Below, in pieces: positions 11,900 through 27,524 of a DNA stretch of 64,000 bases (positions are counted from its first letter, which is position 1; each line of letters begins with the position of its first letter). Where the stretch lies: assembly GCA_964016885.1 (NCBI GenBank), contig OZ024742.1:338086001-338150000 (forward strand), given 5' to 3'. The notes under the pieces were generated by a model that ran no database searches, was not told the DNA's origin, and saw only the letters and a program-made list of their open reading frames with translations. The position numbers and the translations under genes were made by a program. Origin of the DNA: Eledone cirrhosa. Lineage: Eukaryota.

Positions 11900-12310
11900 C
11901 CAATTCGCTCTTTGACGTTGCTCACACACGCACATTTATATCTGTTTATTTTATTATTCACAGTTGTATAAATAACATTACAAATTTATTATTTTATTGC
12001 AGGTGTATAAATTTACAGTAGAATAACGTTACAAATTTGTTTTAAATAACATAAATAACAAATCCATGAACAAAAATGATAAAGAGAAGAAAAAGGGGGG
12101 GGGGGAATTCACGACCATTGCCCCTCCCCCTTTTTCTTTCTTATCCTTTATCATTTGTTCATGGATTTATATTTGTTATTTATGTATATATTTAAAACAT
12201 TTACAAGTTGTTTATAATTCTTATTGAATGAAAATATAAATACATATAATAAATAAAATTAATTATAGCTAGGAATCCCACAAATATAATGCATATGTGA
12301 TCAAAGCGAG
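11900..12310. mobile_element. Foldback palindromic MITE-like element
   Basis: Arms AAATCCATGAACAAAAATGATAAAG..GGGGG / CCCCC..CTTTATCATTTGTTCATGGATTT centred near 12113; related arm sequence at ~40565 and ~57895. Confidence 0.65.
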
Positions 12311-12331
12311 AGAAAAAGGAATATATATATA

Positions 12332-12396
12332 TTGGGTTGTCAAGTATGAAATTTGTAGGAAAAAAATTTTATACAAATTTCATATTGACGACCCAA
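12332..12396. mobile_element. Tiny mariner-type TIR-only element (Made1-like)
   Basis: TTGGGTTGTCAAGTATGAAATTTGTA...TACAAATTTCATATTGACGACCCAA, flanked by TA. Confidence 0.75.
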
Positions 12397-12429
12397 TATA
12401 TTTAGTGCCGCAGTGCTTTGTCGGGTTGA

Positions 12430-12680
12430 CGGATCTTCTGTATTACGGCTTATTGTAAGTCAGCTTAGTCCTGTGTCATCTCCATGAGATTCCGTTTCTT
12501 GAGCTCATACTTCACAACTTCGTCCCTTGTCTTTCTTGGTCTCTTTCCTTAGGTTCCATCGGTATTTCTATACAACTCTTTACGCAGCGCAATCATTCTA
12601 TTGCACGCTACATTCAATTCCTTTTAGTCTTAAATTTTCTCTGAGCCATGTTTATGCACGTTAGCATTACAAAATTTCAA
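12430..12680 (-). pseudogene. Old RTE LINE C-terminal fragment
   Basis: Reverse strand reads RPRKTRDEVVKYELKKRNLME, matching the GRPRKTWDE region of the RTE ORF. Confidence 0.55.
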
Positions 12681-13015
12681 CTATCATTTATCTATTTAGT
12701 TTCATATATTTCTGTTGTCTTGATTCAGTTTTTTTTTCTTTTCTCTATAACATTTTCCTGATTGATATAGTGTTCTTGTGTTCCCAGTTCCTAGTATAAC
12801 CTTCCATTAAGGTTAGAGTTATCATCATAGAGTTCGTCTCTTCTTTCCTATACTTAGATCAGCTGCAGTGTCCAAGCTTCTTAATATTCATGTCAACTAA
12901 TGCTGTTCATGGTTAACCAAGGGTATGTATATGGTAGGATACCTGTTAAGGTTAACCTAGGGTATGTACATAGTGGGGTACCAACCCTTACTGAACTTAA
13001 CAAGTGGTATGTTTC

Positions 13016-14060
13016 AGGTTGTAACGAAAGTTCTGTCCGTTTTTAAGGCTCAATAAAACAATATAAAACACAATATTAGATTTATTTAATCGTTAATGCT
13101 GTCGCCATTCTTTTTTATTATGACATCTTTCCACCTGTCAATAAGCTTTTTAATGCCACGTTCATAAAATTCTCTAGGTTTTGAACTCAAAAAGGAAACT
13201 ACTCATTTTCGATTTCTCTTGATGTAAATGTTAATCTACTCAAATTATTTTGTAATCTTCTGTTGGTGTAAGGGCCGGAGAACATTGTGGTTGAAGCATA
13301 ATTTCCCAGGCATATTCTTCTAGAGGTTCTTTGGTTTTGGGAGCAGTGTGAGGTCTAGCTTTATCATGAAGGATGACTTCTTTTCTGTTTGTTAATGATG
13401 GGCGTTTTTGCTGCAAAATTGCCTTCAAATGTTTTAGCTGTTGGCAATAGACTCTGGCTGTTATAGTTTGATTATCGCCTAGCAGCTTGTGATGACTTAT
13501 TCCCACCACACACTCAGAAGAATCTTGCTTGGCTGCTGAGCTGGCTCTTCACCACGATTGAGCCACTGATATCTTCATTTAACATTATGATAAAGTTTCC
13601 ATTTTTTATCTCCAGTAATGATTCTATTCAAAAAGGCATGTGCAGCTCATGAGAATGCAATGATGCACAGCAGTCAACACATTGTTTGCAATGTCTGCAG
13701 AGAGATCACACAGAACCCATCTCCCAAGCCTTTTGAATTCACGATAAATTGTGGTATGGCTCATTTTGAAGTCTGTGCTTAGTTCCCAAACTGTCACAGT
13801 CAGGTTCACATCAACAGCGGCTTCCAATGCATCAGAATCCAGTCTTCTTGAGCTCCCTTCTCTTGATTCATCCCGCAGACTGTTGTCTCCATTTCTGAAT
13901 CATGAAAACCATCCCCTGTCTTTTAGTCATTACACCATCTCTATAAGTGTTTTGAACTGATTTCGCTGCTGCACTTGCACTATTACATTTTTTAAATTTA
14001 TAAAGAATAACATGACGAATGTGTTCTTTTCTTGGAGTGAACATGGTGCCAATACATGAG
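13016..14060 (-). pseudogene. Degraded mariner transposase
   Basis: NQTITARVYCQQL, KRPSLTNRKEVILHDKARPHTA, CSPALTP (degenerate YSPDLAP); HTH region TVWELS..SHTTIYR. Confidence 0.85.
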
Positions 14061-14534
14061 CTTCAAAGATAAGTTCGACAAAATCTGAAGGAAAATGAAG
14101 CATATTAGCCAGGTGGTGCTGTGCTATTTAGACATGGCCTGGGCCAATACTGGCAGAGTGGTGCTACTAAGTTAGACATGGCCCAGGCCAATACTGCCGA
14201 AACCTGTTATTAGTTATCTCGGCATATTCCAAATATGATTGAGAAGTTAGACACCTTTAAATTTAACTTGAGATTTACTTCTAAAAAAATGAACAAATCT
14301 TTCATTACAGCCTGATACATGGTGGCATTCCAAGCCCTGCCATTGTTAACTAAGTGTATGTACATAATAGGGTACCACCAAACGTTGCTATGATTAATCA
14401 AAGGTATGTACATAGAGGAGGTACTAACTATTGCCATGGTTAACTAAGGGGAAGTATATAGTGGGTTACCAATCCCTTTCATGATAACTAAATATTATAC
14501 CTTTTATATTTAGAACCTTTGGTTTGGTTCATTC

Positions 14535-14815
14535 ATGTCTTCATCTACTTAAACACTAACTGACATCTGCCATACCATCCCTGCCTTCATCCACTTAAAA
14601 GGTGACTGACATCTGCCATACCACCCCTGCTTTCATCTACTTAAAAGGTGACTAACATCTGCCATACCATCCCTGCCTTCATTTACTTAAACAGTGACTG
14701 ACATCTGTGTTACCATCCCTATCTTCATATACTTAAACTGACTAACATCTGCCATACCATCCTTGTCTTCATCCACTTAAACATTGACATCTGCCATACC
14801 ATCCCTGCCTTCATC
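14535..14815 (+). repeat. ~46-bp minisatellite, 6 units
   Basis: TGACATCTGCCATACCATCCCTGCCTTCAT-type unit at 14561, 14607, 14653, 14699, 14743, 14785. Confidence 0.9.
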
Positions 14816-14894
14816 AAAGTTGTCATATCTTGGACACAACTGAAGAGTACTCTCAACCCTTATTTTGGCAATTTTTATGATTGCAAATGTGAAG

Positions 14895-14926
14895 CACACA
14901 CATGTATACATGTATATGTATGTATG

Positions 14927-14967
<41 letters not shown>

Positions 14968-15706
14968 ATATGTGTATGTATGTATGTGTATATGTATGTA
15001 TGTATGTATATATATATGTATATATATATGTATGTATGTATATATATATATGTATATATATATGTATGTATGTATGTATATATGTATATATATATGTATG
15101 TATGTATGTATATATGTATATATATATGTATGTATGTATGTATATATGTATGTATATATATATGTATGTATGTATATATGTATGTATATATATATGTATG
15201 TATGTATATATGTATGTATATATATATGTATGTATGTATATATGTATGTATATATATATGTATGTATGTATATATGTATGTATATATATATGTATGTATG
15301 TATATATGTATGTATATATATATGTATGTATGTATATATGTATGTATGTATATATGTATGTATGTATATATGTATGTATGTATATATATGTATGTATATA
15401 TGTATGTATGTATATATGTATGTATGTATATATGTATGTATGTATATATGTATGTATATATGTATGTATGTATATATATATGTATGTATATATATATGTA
15501 TGTATATATATATGTATGTATATATATATGTATGTATATATATATGTATGTATATATATATGTATGTATGTATGTATATATGTATGTATGTATATATGTA
15601 TGTATGTATATATATATGTATGTATGTATATATATATGTATGTATGTATATATATATGTATATATATATGTATGTATATATATATATGTATATGTATGTA
15701 TGTATG

Positions 15707-15738
<32 letters not shown>

Positions 15739-15854
15739 TGTATATATATATATATACATGTATATATATGTATGTATGTATATATATATATATATATACA
15801 TGTGTATATATATATATATATATACATGTGTATATATATATATATATACATGTG

Positions 15855-15886
<32 letters not shown>
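14895..15886. repeat. Compound (TG)/(TATG)/(TA) microsatellite, ~1 kb
   Basis: Directly visible; abuts the 5' truncation point of RTE copy B. Confidence 0.97.
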
Positions 15887-15887
<1 letters not shown>

Positions 15888-18635
15888 TGTTGTAAACACT
15901 AAATCCCTCCCCCATGAAGAATGCACCTCCCAACATAGACTGATAATTAGCGACCTCATAGTCAGGTCGAGACGTACTCGACAGCAGAAGAGGACTATCC
16001 TCAGGAGAAAAATATGGAAGCTAAAGGACCCCACAGCCAAAAATAAATTTCAAAACATATTACTTGATGCTTTCGACAGTAAGGAAGAACACTTAGAGTC
16101 GGACAATATAGAGGGACAGTGGGAATTTCTGAAAGCAAACCTGCTGTTGGCCACAGACGAAGTCTGTGGCTGGAGCAGGCCTGTAGGCAGGAGGAGAGTA
16201 ACATGGTGGTGGAACAGTAAGGTGGAGGAGTCAATTAAGGCCAAAAAGCAGGCTTGGAAAGTATGGCGGGATGGGGGAAGTAGAGTAGACTATCAAGTGG
16301 CCAGGAGGGAAGCTAGGAGAGAAGTGTACTTAGCAAGAAGGGAAGCTGAGGAAAGAAAGTTCAAGCATGTCCTACAACGCGATGACCAAAAACGTGAGGT
16401 GTTCAGGATTGCTAGGCAATGCGTCAAGGAAAACCGTGATATTGTCGGGGAGAAGTGTGTACTTAACGATGATGGCATACTTGCCATCACCGACACTGAT
16501 AAGAAGGCAGCTTGGAAGTGTCACTATGAAAGGCTACTAAATGAGGAGAATAAATGGGAGAAAGACAGTCTCCCCCATGTCGACCCAATAGAGGGACCAG
16601 CAGTGTTAGTCGAGGGGAGTATAATAAGTAAGGCAATCAAGGATATGAAGACAGGTAAGGCGGCTGGGCCTTCGGAAATAGTTGCTGAGATGCTGAAGGC
16701 ATCTGGCACGGTGGGACACACCATGGTCACCCGCATAGTTAACCAAGTCGTACAGAATGGGGTTGTTCCGAAGGACTGGCATAGCAGCATCATCGTTAAC
16801 TGTTATAAGGGTAAAGGAGACGCCCTAGATAGGAGTAACTATAGAGGCATTAAATTAATCGACCAGGTCATGAAGGTCACAGAAAAAGTAATAGCGCAAC
16901 TAATCAGAGAGAGAATTGACCTAGATGAAATGCAGTTCGGGTTTGTGTCAGGCAAAAGTACCACAGACGCTCTTTTCATAGTACGACAACTACAGGAGAA
17001 GTACCTAGCTAAAGGTAAACCCCTCTACTTAGCTTTTGTCGACTTGGAGAAAGCCTTCGACAGAGTCCCCCGCTCCATTATCTGGTGGGCTCTTAGAAAA
17101 CTAGGCGTTGACGAATGGCTTGTGAGGGCTATACAAGCCATGTATAAAGAAACAGTCAGCAAGGTTAGAATTAACAACGAATATAGTGAAGAGTTTAGCG
17201 TAAAAGTTGGCGTCCATCAGGGCTCTGTTCTCAGCCCCCTACTATTTATTATTGCCCTTCAGGCTATAACAGAGGAGTTCAAGACAGGCTGCCCATGGGA
17301 ACTCCTATACGCAGACGACCTGACACTCATAGCGGAATCAATGGCCGAGCTAGAGAAGAAATTCCAAACATGGAAGCACGGCCTAGAGTCAAAAGGACTT
17401 AAAATTAACCTGGCTAAGACCAAAGTTCTAGTTTGTAGGAAAGAAAACAAGGCGGCGGTCCCTTCTGGGAAATGGTCGTGCTCGGTGTGTAGGAAAGGCG
17501 TAGGTAGAAACTCCATTTTGTGTCCTAAATGCAAAGTATGGGTGCATAAAAGATGTAGTGGGATCACAGGTAAGCTAACTAAGAACATAGATTTTACATG
17601 TGGCCGGTGTTCTGGTGCAATAAGTAGCAGCAAGTGCCCACACAATACTAGCTCTTTCAATTGCGCAGAGGGTTCTATAGAAATAGTGGACAGCTTCCGT
17701 TACCTGGGCGATAAAATCAGCAGTGGGGGAGGGTGCTCTGAAAGTACTGTAGCTAGAGTCAGAACTGGTTGGAAAAAGTTCAGAGAGCTTATACCACTAT
17801 TAGCTGCTAAAGGGTTCTCCCTAAAAATGAAAGGCAGGTTGTACGATGCCTGCATACGAACAGCAATGTTGCATGGCAGTGAGACCTGGGCATTGTGTGC
17901 AGAGGATATACGCAGACTAGAGAGGAACGAAGCTTGCATGCTCCGCTGGATGTGTAACAGTAATATACGTGAACGGCAAAGCATAAACGAACTAAGGAAA
18001 AAATTAGAGATAAGAGGGATCAGATGTTGTTTACTCGAGAGAAGGCTACGTTGGTATGGACACGTGATGCGCATGAAAGTCGATAGCTGTATAACAAAGT
18101 GCAGGGCAATAAAGATAGACGGTAGCCACGGAATAGGCAGACCTAGAAAAACCTGGGACGAGCTGATAAACTCCGACCTCACACACTTACACCTCTCCAA
18201 GACAATGTCACTGGACCGAGACCTTTGGCGGTACTCAGTAACAGAGAAGACCCGCCTTGCCAGTAGGCATCTCTAACAAAATACACCCCGTCCCACCACC
18301 ACCACCCCCACCCCATCCACACCACCCCGTCCTATGTAAAGTTATGTTGGTGCCGCGCCATCCGGGCCGAAACAAATGAGATCGTGTAGGTGTCACGACA
18401 AAAAAACACACAGTCCACGCTGTAATGTGGCCGTGTAGGCAACACGGTAAAAACCTCCCAGACCCACACTGTAAATGTGGTTGGTGTTAGGAAGGGCATC
18501 CAACTGTAGAAAACCTGCCAGACAGTCCTATGCGAGCAAGACAATCACTCTTGCCTCAAGTGGGACTACCCCCGTCCAAACCCATGCAAGCGTGGAACAC
18601 GGACGTTAAACGTTGATGATGATGATGATGATGAT
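15887..18635 (+). mobile_element. RTE copy B, 5'-truncated within the endonuclease; RT+PHD frame intact to 18276
   Basis: Protein nearly identical to copy A from [11 protein letters not shown] onward; same 3' UTR; (GAT)n tail at 18614-18635. Confidence 0.96.
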
Positions 18636-18944
<309 letters not shown>

Positions 18945-21484
18945 CATCATCATCATCGTTTAACGTCCATCTTCCACACTTGCACGGGTTTAGATGGGAG
19001 TTTTCCCACTTTAGGCAAGATTGGTTGTCTTGCTCGCATAGGACTGTCTGGTGGGTTTTCTACAGCTGGATGCCCTTCCTAACTCCAACCACGTTTACAG
19101 TGTGGACTGGGAGGTTTTTACCGTGTTACCTACACGGGCACATTACAGCGTGGACTGTGTGTTTTTTTGTCGTGACACCTACATGACCTCATTTGTTTCG
19201 GACTGGATGTTGTGGTACCAACATAACTTTACATTGAAAGGGGTGGTGTGGATGGGGGTGTATTTTTGTTAGAGGTGCCTACTGACTGTAGTAGGTTTCA
19301 CTTTGTACTTAGGTAAGGCGGGTCTTCTCTATTACTGTGTAGCGCCAAAGATCTCGGTCCAGTGACATTGTCTTGGAGAGGTGTAAGTGTGTGAGGTCGG
19401 AATTTATCAAGTCGTCCCAGGTTTTTCTGGGTCTGCTTACTCCGTGGCTACCGTCTATTTTTATTGCCCTGCACAACGTAGTCTTCTCTCAAGTAAACAA
19501 CATCTGATCCCTCTTATTTCTAATTTTTCCCTTAGTTCGTTTATGCTTTGCCGTTAACGTATATTACTATTACACATCCAGCGGAGCATGCAAGCTTCAT
19601 TCCTCTCCAATCTGCGTATATCCTCTGCACACAATGCCCAGGTCTCACTGCCATGCAACATTGCTGTTCGTATGCAGGCATCATACAGCCTGCCTTTCAT
19701 TATTAGGGAGAACCCTTTAGCGGCTAATAGTGGTATAAGCTCTCTGAACTTTTTCCATCCAGTTCTGACTCTAGCTACTGTACTTTCAGAGCACCCTCCC
19801 TCACTGCTGATTTTGTCACCCAGGTAACGGAAGCTGTCCACTATTTCTATAGAACCATCTGTGCAATGGAATGAGCTAGTATTCTTTGGGCACTTGCTGC
19901 TACTTATTGCACCAGAGCACCGGCCACATATAAAATCTATATTCTTAGTTAACTTACCTTTGATCCCACTACATCTTTTATGCACCCATACTTTGCATTT
20001 GGGACATAAAATGGAGTTTCTACCTACTCCTTTCCTACACACTGAGCATGGCCATTTCCCGGATGGGACCGACGCCCTATTTTCCTTCCTACAAACTAGA
20101 ACTTTAGTCTTAGACAGGTTAATTTTAAGGCCTTTTGATTCTAGGCCATGCTTCCATGTTTGGAATTTCTTCTCTAGTTCGGCCATTGATTCAGCTATGA
20201 GCGTTAGATCATCTGCGTATAGGAGTTCCCATGGGCAGCCGGTCTTGAACTCCACTGTTATAGCCTGAAGGGCAATAATAAATAGTAGGGGGCTAAGAAC
20301 GGAGCCCTGATGAACACCAACTTTTACGCTAAACTCTTCACTATATTCATTGTTAATTCTAACCTTACTGACTGTTTCTTTATACATGGCTTGTATAGCT
20401 CTCACAAGCCATTTGTCAACACCTAGTTTTCTAAGAGCCCACCAGATAATGGAACGGGGGACTCTGTCGAAGGCTTTCTCCAAGTCGACAAAAGCTAAGT
20501 ATAGGGGTTTACTTTTAGCTAGGTACTTCTCCTGTAGTTGTACAATGAAAAGAGCGTCTGTGGTACTTTTGCCTGACACAAACCCGAACTGCATTAGTTG
20601 CATTATTATTTTTTCTGTGACCTTCATGACCTGGTCGATTAATTTAATGCCTCTATAGTTACTCCTATCTAGGGCATCTCCTTTACCCTTGTAGCAGTTA
20701 ATGATGATGCTGCTATGCCAGTCCTTCGGAACAACCCCATTCTGTATGACTTGGTTTACTATCCGGGTGACCATGGTGTGTCCCACCGTTCCAGAAGCTT
20801 TCAGCATTTCAGCAACTATTTCCGAAGGCCCAGCCGCCTTACCCGTCTTCATGTCTTTGATTGCCTTACTTATTATACTACCTTCGACTAACACTGCTGG
20901 TCCCTCTATTGGGTCGATGTGGGGGAGACTGTCTTTCTCCCATTTATTCTCCTCATTTAGTAGCCTTTCGTAGTGACACTTCCAATCTACCTTCTTATCA
21001 GCGTCAGTGATGGCAAGTACACCATCATCATTAAGGACACACTTCTCCCCGACAATATCACGGTTTTCCTTGACATATCGCCTAGCAATCCTGAACACCT
21101 CACGTTTTTGGTCCTCGTATTGTAGAACATGCTTGAACTTTCTTTCCTCTGCTTCCCTTCTTGCGAAGTACACTTGTCTCCTAGTTTCCCTCCTGGCCAC
21201 TTGATAGTCTTCTCTACTTCCCCCATCCCGCCATACTTTCCAAGCCTGCTTTTTGGCCTTAATTGACTCCTCCACCTTACTGTTCCACCACCATGTTACT
21301 CTCCTCCTGCCTATAGGCCTGCTCCAGCCACAGACTTCGTCTGCAGCCATCAGCAGGTTTGCTTTCAGGAATTCCCACTGTTCCTCTATATTGTACGACT
21401 CTAAATGCTCTTCCTTACTGTCGAAAGCATCAAGTAATATGCTTTTAAATTTATTTCTGGCTGTGGGGTCCTTTAGCTTCCATA
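18945..21484 (-). mobile_element. RTE copy C, 5'-truncated, older and defective
   Basis: Premature stop at 19554, 46-bp deletion near 19474, in-frame loss of IRERIDLDE, more substitutions than A/B/D. Confidence 0.95.
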
Positions 21485-22196
<712 letters not shown>

Positions 22197-25100
22197 TCAT
22201 CATCATCATCATCATCAACGTTTAACGTCCGTGTTTCACGCTTGCATGGGTTTGGACGGGGGTAGTCCCACTTGAGGCAAGAGTGATTGTCTTGCTCGCA
22301 TAGGACTGTCTGGCAGGTTTTCTACAGTTGGATGCCCTTCCTAACACCAACCACATTTACAGTGTGGGTCTGGGAGGTTTTTACCGTGTTGCCTACACGG
22401 CCACATTACAGTGTGGACTGTGTGTTTTTTTGTCGTGACACCTACACGATCTCATTTGTTTCGGCCTGGATGGTGTGGCACCAACATAACTTTACATAGA
22501 ACGGGGTGGTGTGGATGGGGTGGGGGTGGTGGTGGTGGGACGGGGGGGGGGGGGGTATTTTGTTAGAGATGCCTACTGGCTGTAGTAGGTTTTACTATGT
22601 ATTTAGGTAAGGCGGGTCTTCTCTGTTACTGAGTACCGCCAAAGGTCTCGGTCCAGTGACATTGTCTTGGAGAGGTGTAAGTGTGTGAGGTCGGAGTTTA
22701 TCAGCTCGTCCCAGGTTTTTCTAGGTCTGCCTATTCCGTGGCTACCGTCTATCTTTATTGCCCTGCACTTTGTTATACAGCTATCGACTTTCATGCGCAT
22801 CACGTGTCCATACCAACGTAGCCTTCTCTCGAGTAAACAACATCTGATCCCTCTTATTTCTAATTTTTTTCCTTAGTTCGTTTATGCTTTGCCGTTCACG
22901 TATATTACTGTTACACATCCAGCGGAGCATGCAAGCTTCGTTCCTCTCTAGTCTGCGTATATCCTCTGCACACAATGCCCAGGTCTCACTGCCATGCAAC
23001 ATTGATGTTCGTATGCAGGCATCGTACAACCTGCCTTTCATTTTTAGGGAGAACCCTTTAGCAGCTAATAGTGGTATAAGCTCTCTGAACTTTTTCCAAC
23101 CAGTTCTGACTCTAGCTACTGTACTTTAGAACACCCTCCCCCACTGCTGATTTTATCACCCAGGTAACGGAAGCTGTCCACTATTTCTATAGAACCCTCT
23201 GCGCAATTGAAAGAGCTAGTATTTTGTGGGCACTTGCTGCTACTTATTGCACCAGAGCACTGGCCACATGTAAAATCTATGTTCTTAGTTAGCTTACCTG
23301 TGATCCCACTACATCTTTTATGTACCCATACTTTGCATTTAGGACATAAAATGGAGTTTCTACCTACGCCTTTCCTACACACCGAGCACGACCATTTCCC
23401 AGAAGGGACCGCCGCCTTATTTTCTTTCCTACAAACTAGAACTTTAGTCTTAGCCAGGTTAATTTTAAGTCCTTTTGATTCTAGGCCGTGCTTCCATGTT
23501 TGGAATTTCTTCTCTAGCTCGGCCATTGATTCCGCTATGAGTGTCAGGTCGTCTGCGTATAGGAGTTCCCATGGGCAGCCGGTCTTGAACTCCTCTGTTA
23601 TAGCCTGAAGGGCAATAATAAATAGTAGGGGGCTGAGAACAGAGCCCTGATGGACGCCAACTTTTACGCTAAACTCTTCACTATATTCGTTGTTAATTCT
23701 AACCTTGCTGACTGTTTCTTTATACATGGCTTGTATAGCTCTCACAAGCCATTCGTCAACGCCTAGTTTTCTAAGAGCCCACCAGATAATGGAGCGGGGG
23801 ACTCTGTCGAAGGCTTTCTCCAAGTCGACATAAGCTAAGTAGAGGGGTTTACCTTTAGCTAGGTACTTCTCCTGTAGTTGTCGTACAATGAAAAGAGCGT
23901 CTGTGGTACTTTTGACTGACACAAACCCGAACTGCATTTCATCTAGGTCAATTCTCTCTCTGATTAGTTGTGCTATTACTTTTTCCGTGACCTTCATGAC
24001 CTGGTCGATTAATTTAATGCCTCTATAGTTACTCCTATCTAGGGCGTCTCCTTTACCCTTATAACAGTTAACGATGATGCTGCTATGCCAGTCCTTCGGA
24101 ACAACCCCATTCTGTACGACTTGGTTAACTATGCGGGTGACCATGGTGTGTCCCACCGTGCCAGATGCCTTCAGCATCTCAGCAACTATTTCCGAAGGCC
24201 CAGCCGCCTTACCCGTCTTCATATCCTTGATTGCCTTACTTATTATACTCCCCTCGACTAACACTGCTGGTCCCTCTATTGGGTCGATATGGGGGAGACT
24301 GTCTTTCTCCCATTTATTCTCCTCATTTAGTAGCCTTTCATAGTGACACTTCCAAGCTACCTTCTTATCAGCGTCGGTGATGGCAAGTATGCCATCATCG
24401 TTAAGTACACACTTCTCCCCGACAATATCACGGTTTTCCTTGACGCATTGCCTAGCAATCCTGAACACCTCACGTTTTTGGTCCTCGCGTTGTAGAACAT
24501 GCTTGAACTTTCTTTCCTCAGCTTCCCTTCTTGTTAAGTACACTTGTCTCCTAGCTTCCCTCCTGGCCACTTGATAGTCTTCTCTACTTCCCCCATCCCG
24601 CCATACTTTCCAAGCCTGCTTTTTGGCCTTAATTGACCCCTCCACCTTACTGTTCCACCACCATGTTACTCTCCTCCTGCCTACAGGCCTGCTCCAGCCA
24701 CAGACTTCGTCTGTCGCCATCAGCAGGTTTGCTTTCAGAAATTCCCACTGTCCCTCTATATTGTCCAACTCTAAATGTTCTTCCTTACTGTCGAAAGCAT
24801 CAAGTAATATGCTTTGAAATTTATTTCTGGCTGTGGTGTCCTTTAGCTTCCATATTTTTCTCCTGAGGATAGTCCTCTTCTGCTGTCGAGTACGTCTCGT
24901 CCTGACTGTGAGGTCGCTAATTATCAGTCTATGTTGGGAGGTGCATTCTTCATGGGGGAGGGATTTAGTGTTTACAACAGACACTCTGTCACGTCTTCTG
25001 GTAAGGATATAATCTACCTGGCTTGTGTGTTCCCCGGATCTATAGGTGATCAGGTGATTGTCACGTTTTTTGAAGTTAGTGTTACAGATAGTTAGGTTAT

Positions 25101-25595
25101 TTGCATCACAGAATTCCAGGATTCTGGAGCCGTCCTCATTTCTAGTACCAAACCCATAGCCTCCATGGATTTCGTCGTAGCCGTCACAATGTTGTCCAAC
25201 ATGACCGTTTAGGTCGCCTGCAATAATTATATAGTCACTGTCTGTTATTTGGGAGGTAGTGAGCATCAGTGTCTCATAGAATCTGTCTTTTATAGTGCCG
25301 GGCAGTCCGGATTGGGGTGCGTACGCAGATATTACTGTCACCGTAGTTCTATTGAGGACAAGTCGTATTTTAATTATTCTGTCGTTCACTCTATTTACGT
25401 CTATTATCTTATCTGGCCACTTTTCTGCTACCATGATTCCTACCCCACCCAGCCCATCGTCATTTCCCACCCAGAAAAGCTTATAGCATCGTTTTCTACC
25501 CACAATGAATCTAGCAGACCCACCCCTCCACCTGGTCTCTTGAATACAACAAACATCGACCTCCTCACGTTCAAGCATTTCTACAACCTCGTTAG
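22197..25595 (-). mobile_element. RTE copy D, truncated at the start of the endonuclease, two 1-bp indels near the C-terminus
   Basis: Homology to copy A ends at GTTAG 25595; 1-bp deletion near 23128 and an extra T in the run at ~22864-22870. Confidence 0.95.
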
Positions 25596-25610
25596 TACAT
25601 ATACACACAC

Positions 25611-25671
<61 letters not shown>

Positions 25672-25676
25672 CATAT

Positions 25677-25717
<41 letters not shown>

Positions 25718-25805
25718 GATATATATATATATATATATACACATATATATATATATATATAAATATACACATATATCAATATCATCATCATATATATATA
25801 CATAT

Positions 25806-25844
<39 letters not shown>

Positions 25845-25957
25845 TATATATATATACATATACACACATATATATATATACATATACACACATATATATA
25901 TACATATACACACATATATATATACATATACACACATATATATATACATATACACAC

Positions 25958-25991
<34 letters not shown>

Positions 25992-26160
25992 ATATATATA
26001 CATATACACATATATATATACATATACACATATATATATACATATACACATATATATATACATATACACATATATATATATATATACATATACACATATA
26101 TATATATATATACATATACACACATATATATATATACATATACACACATATATATATATA
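25596..26160. repeat. (TA)n/TACATATACACA microsatellite, ~565 bp
   Basis: Directly visible; same interrupting motif as 21485-22196; a short (CAT)n at ~25780. Confidence 0.97.
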
Positions 26161-26423
26161 CACCATAAAATGGTCATTGTGGAGCCACAACAAAAAGCAC
26201 CCAGTCCACACGTTAAAAGTTGTCCGGTAGGTGTCATGATAAAAAGCACCCAGTCCACATTGTAAATGTGGTCAGCCGTAGAAACCAAACCCAAATCAGT
26301 TCTGTGTCCTCCGACCTGCATCTCTCTCTATGGGACAGTGTGTCCTACACGTGCGAGCATGGAGAATGTATGTTAAACGATGATGATGAGCCAGCCAGCC
26401 AGTGAGTGAGTGAGTGAGCGAAG

Positions 26424-27415
26424 ACAGGTTTGTCCCACTTGAGGCAAGACTGGTCGGCTGACTGCATCTCACTCATATAGAACTGGCAGGTTTTCTACGG
26501 CTGGATGCTCTTCCTAACACCAAACACATTTACAGTGTGGACTGGAAGCCTTTTTACCATGTCTCCTAGTATGGACTGGGTGCTTTTTGATGTGACCCCT
26601 ACACAACCACTTTACAGTGTGGACTGGATGTTCTGAGGTACCAACATAACTTTATAAAGAAAGGGTGGTGTGGGTAGAAGTGAGAGGATGGAGTAGGGGT
26701 AGTGGGTTGGGGTTTATATTTGATTAGAAGGTGCCTACTGACTGTAGGTTTAACTTTGTATGTAAGGGAAGGTGGGTCTTCTGTATAACTGCGTAGCGCC
26801 AAATGTCTCGATTCAGTGACATTGTCTTAGAGACGTGTAAGTGTGCAAGGTCAGTTTTTATCATACCGTTCCAGTCTACCTACACCATAGCTTCCATCAA
26901 TTTTGATCTCCCTGCACCTTTGTATAAACTGTATTCTTCCATGTGCATCACATGACCATACCAATGTAATCTCCTTTAAAGTAAACTGCATCTGATCCCT
27001 CTTATTTCTAATTTCTCACTTAGTTCATTTATGTTTTGCCATTTGTGTATATTACTATTATACATCCAGCGAGGCATGCATGCTTCGTTCCTTTCTAATC
27101 TGCGCAGGTCCTCACTGCCATGTAACATTGTTGTTCGTATACAAGCATCATACAATCTGCCTTTCATTTTTAGAGAAAAACCCCTTGTGGCCAACTGTGG
27201 TATTAGCTCTCTGAACTGTTTCCATCCCATTCTAACTCTGGCTACTGTACTTTCAGAGCACTGCTGATTTTGTCACCCAGGTAACGGAAAGTGTCTACTA
27301 TTTCTATAGAACCATCTGAGCAGTTGAAGGAGCTAGTATCCAGTGGGAACTTGCTACTTACTGCACCTGAGCATCTGTCGCATATAAAATCTACATTCTT
27401 AGATAGCTTGCTTGT
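26424..27415 (-). mobile_element. RTE copy E, old 3' fragment
   Basis: ORF 26976-27230 [27 protein letters not shown] plus diverged 3' UTR. Confidence 0.88.
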
Positions 27416-27524
27416 TTATTAATTTAAAATTTTGTAAAATTTCTACTCTAAAAGTGAATCTCTATTTATTATATTTTCTTTATATGTCATACTGTTTCTT
27501 TATTTCAGAATATCGGGTGACATT

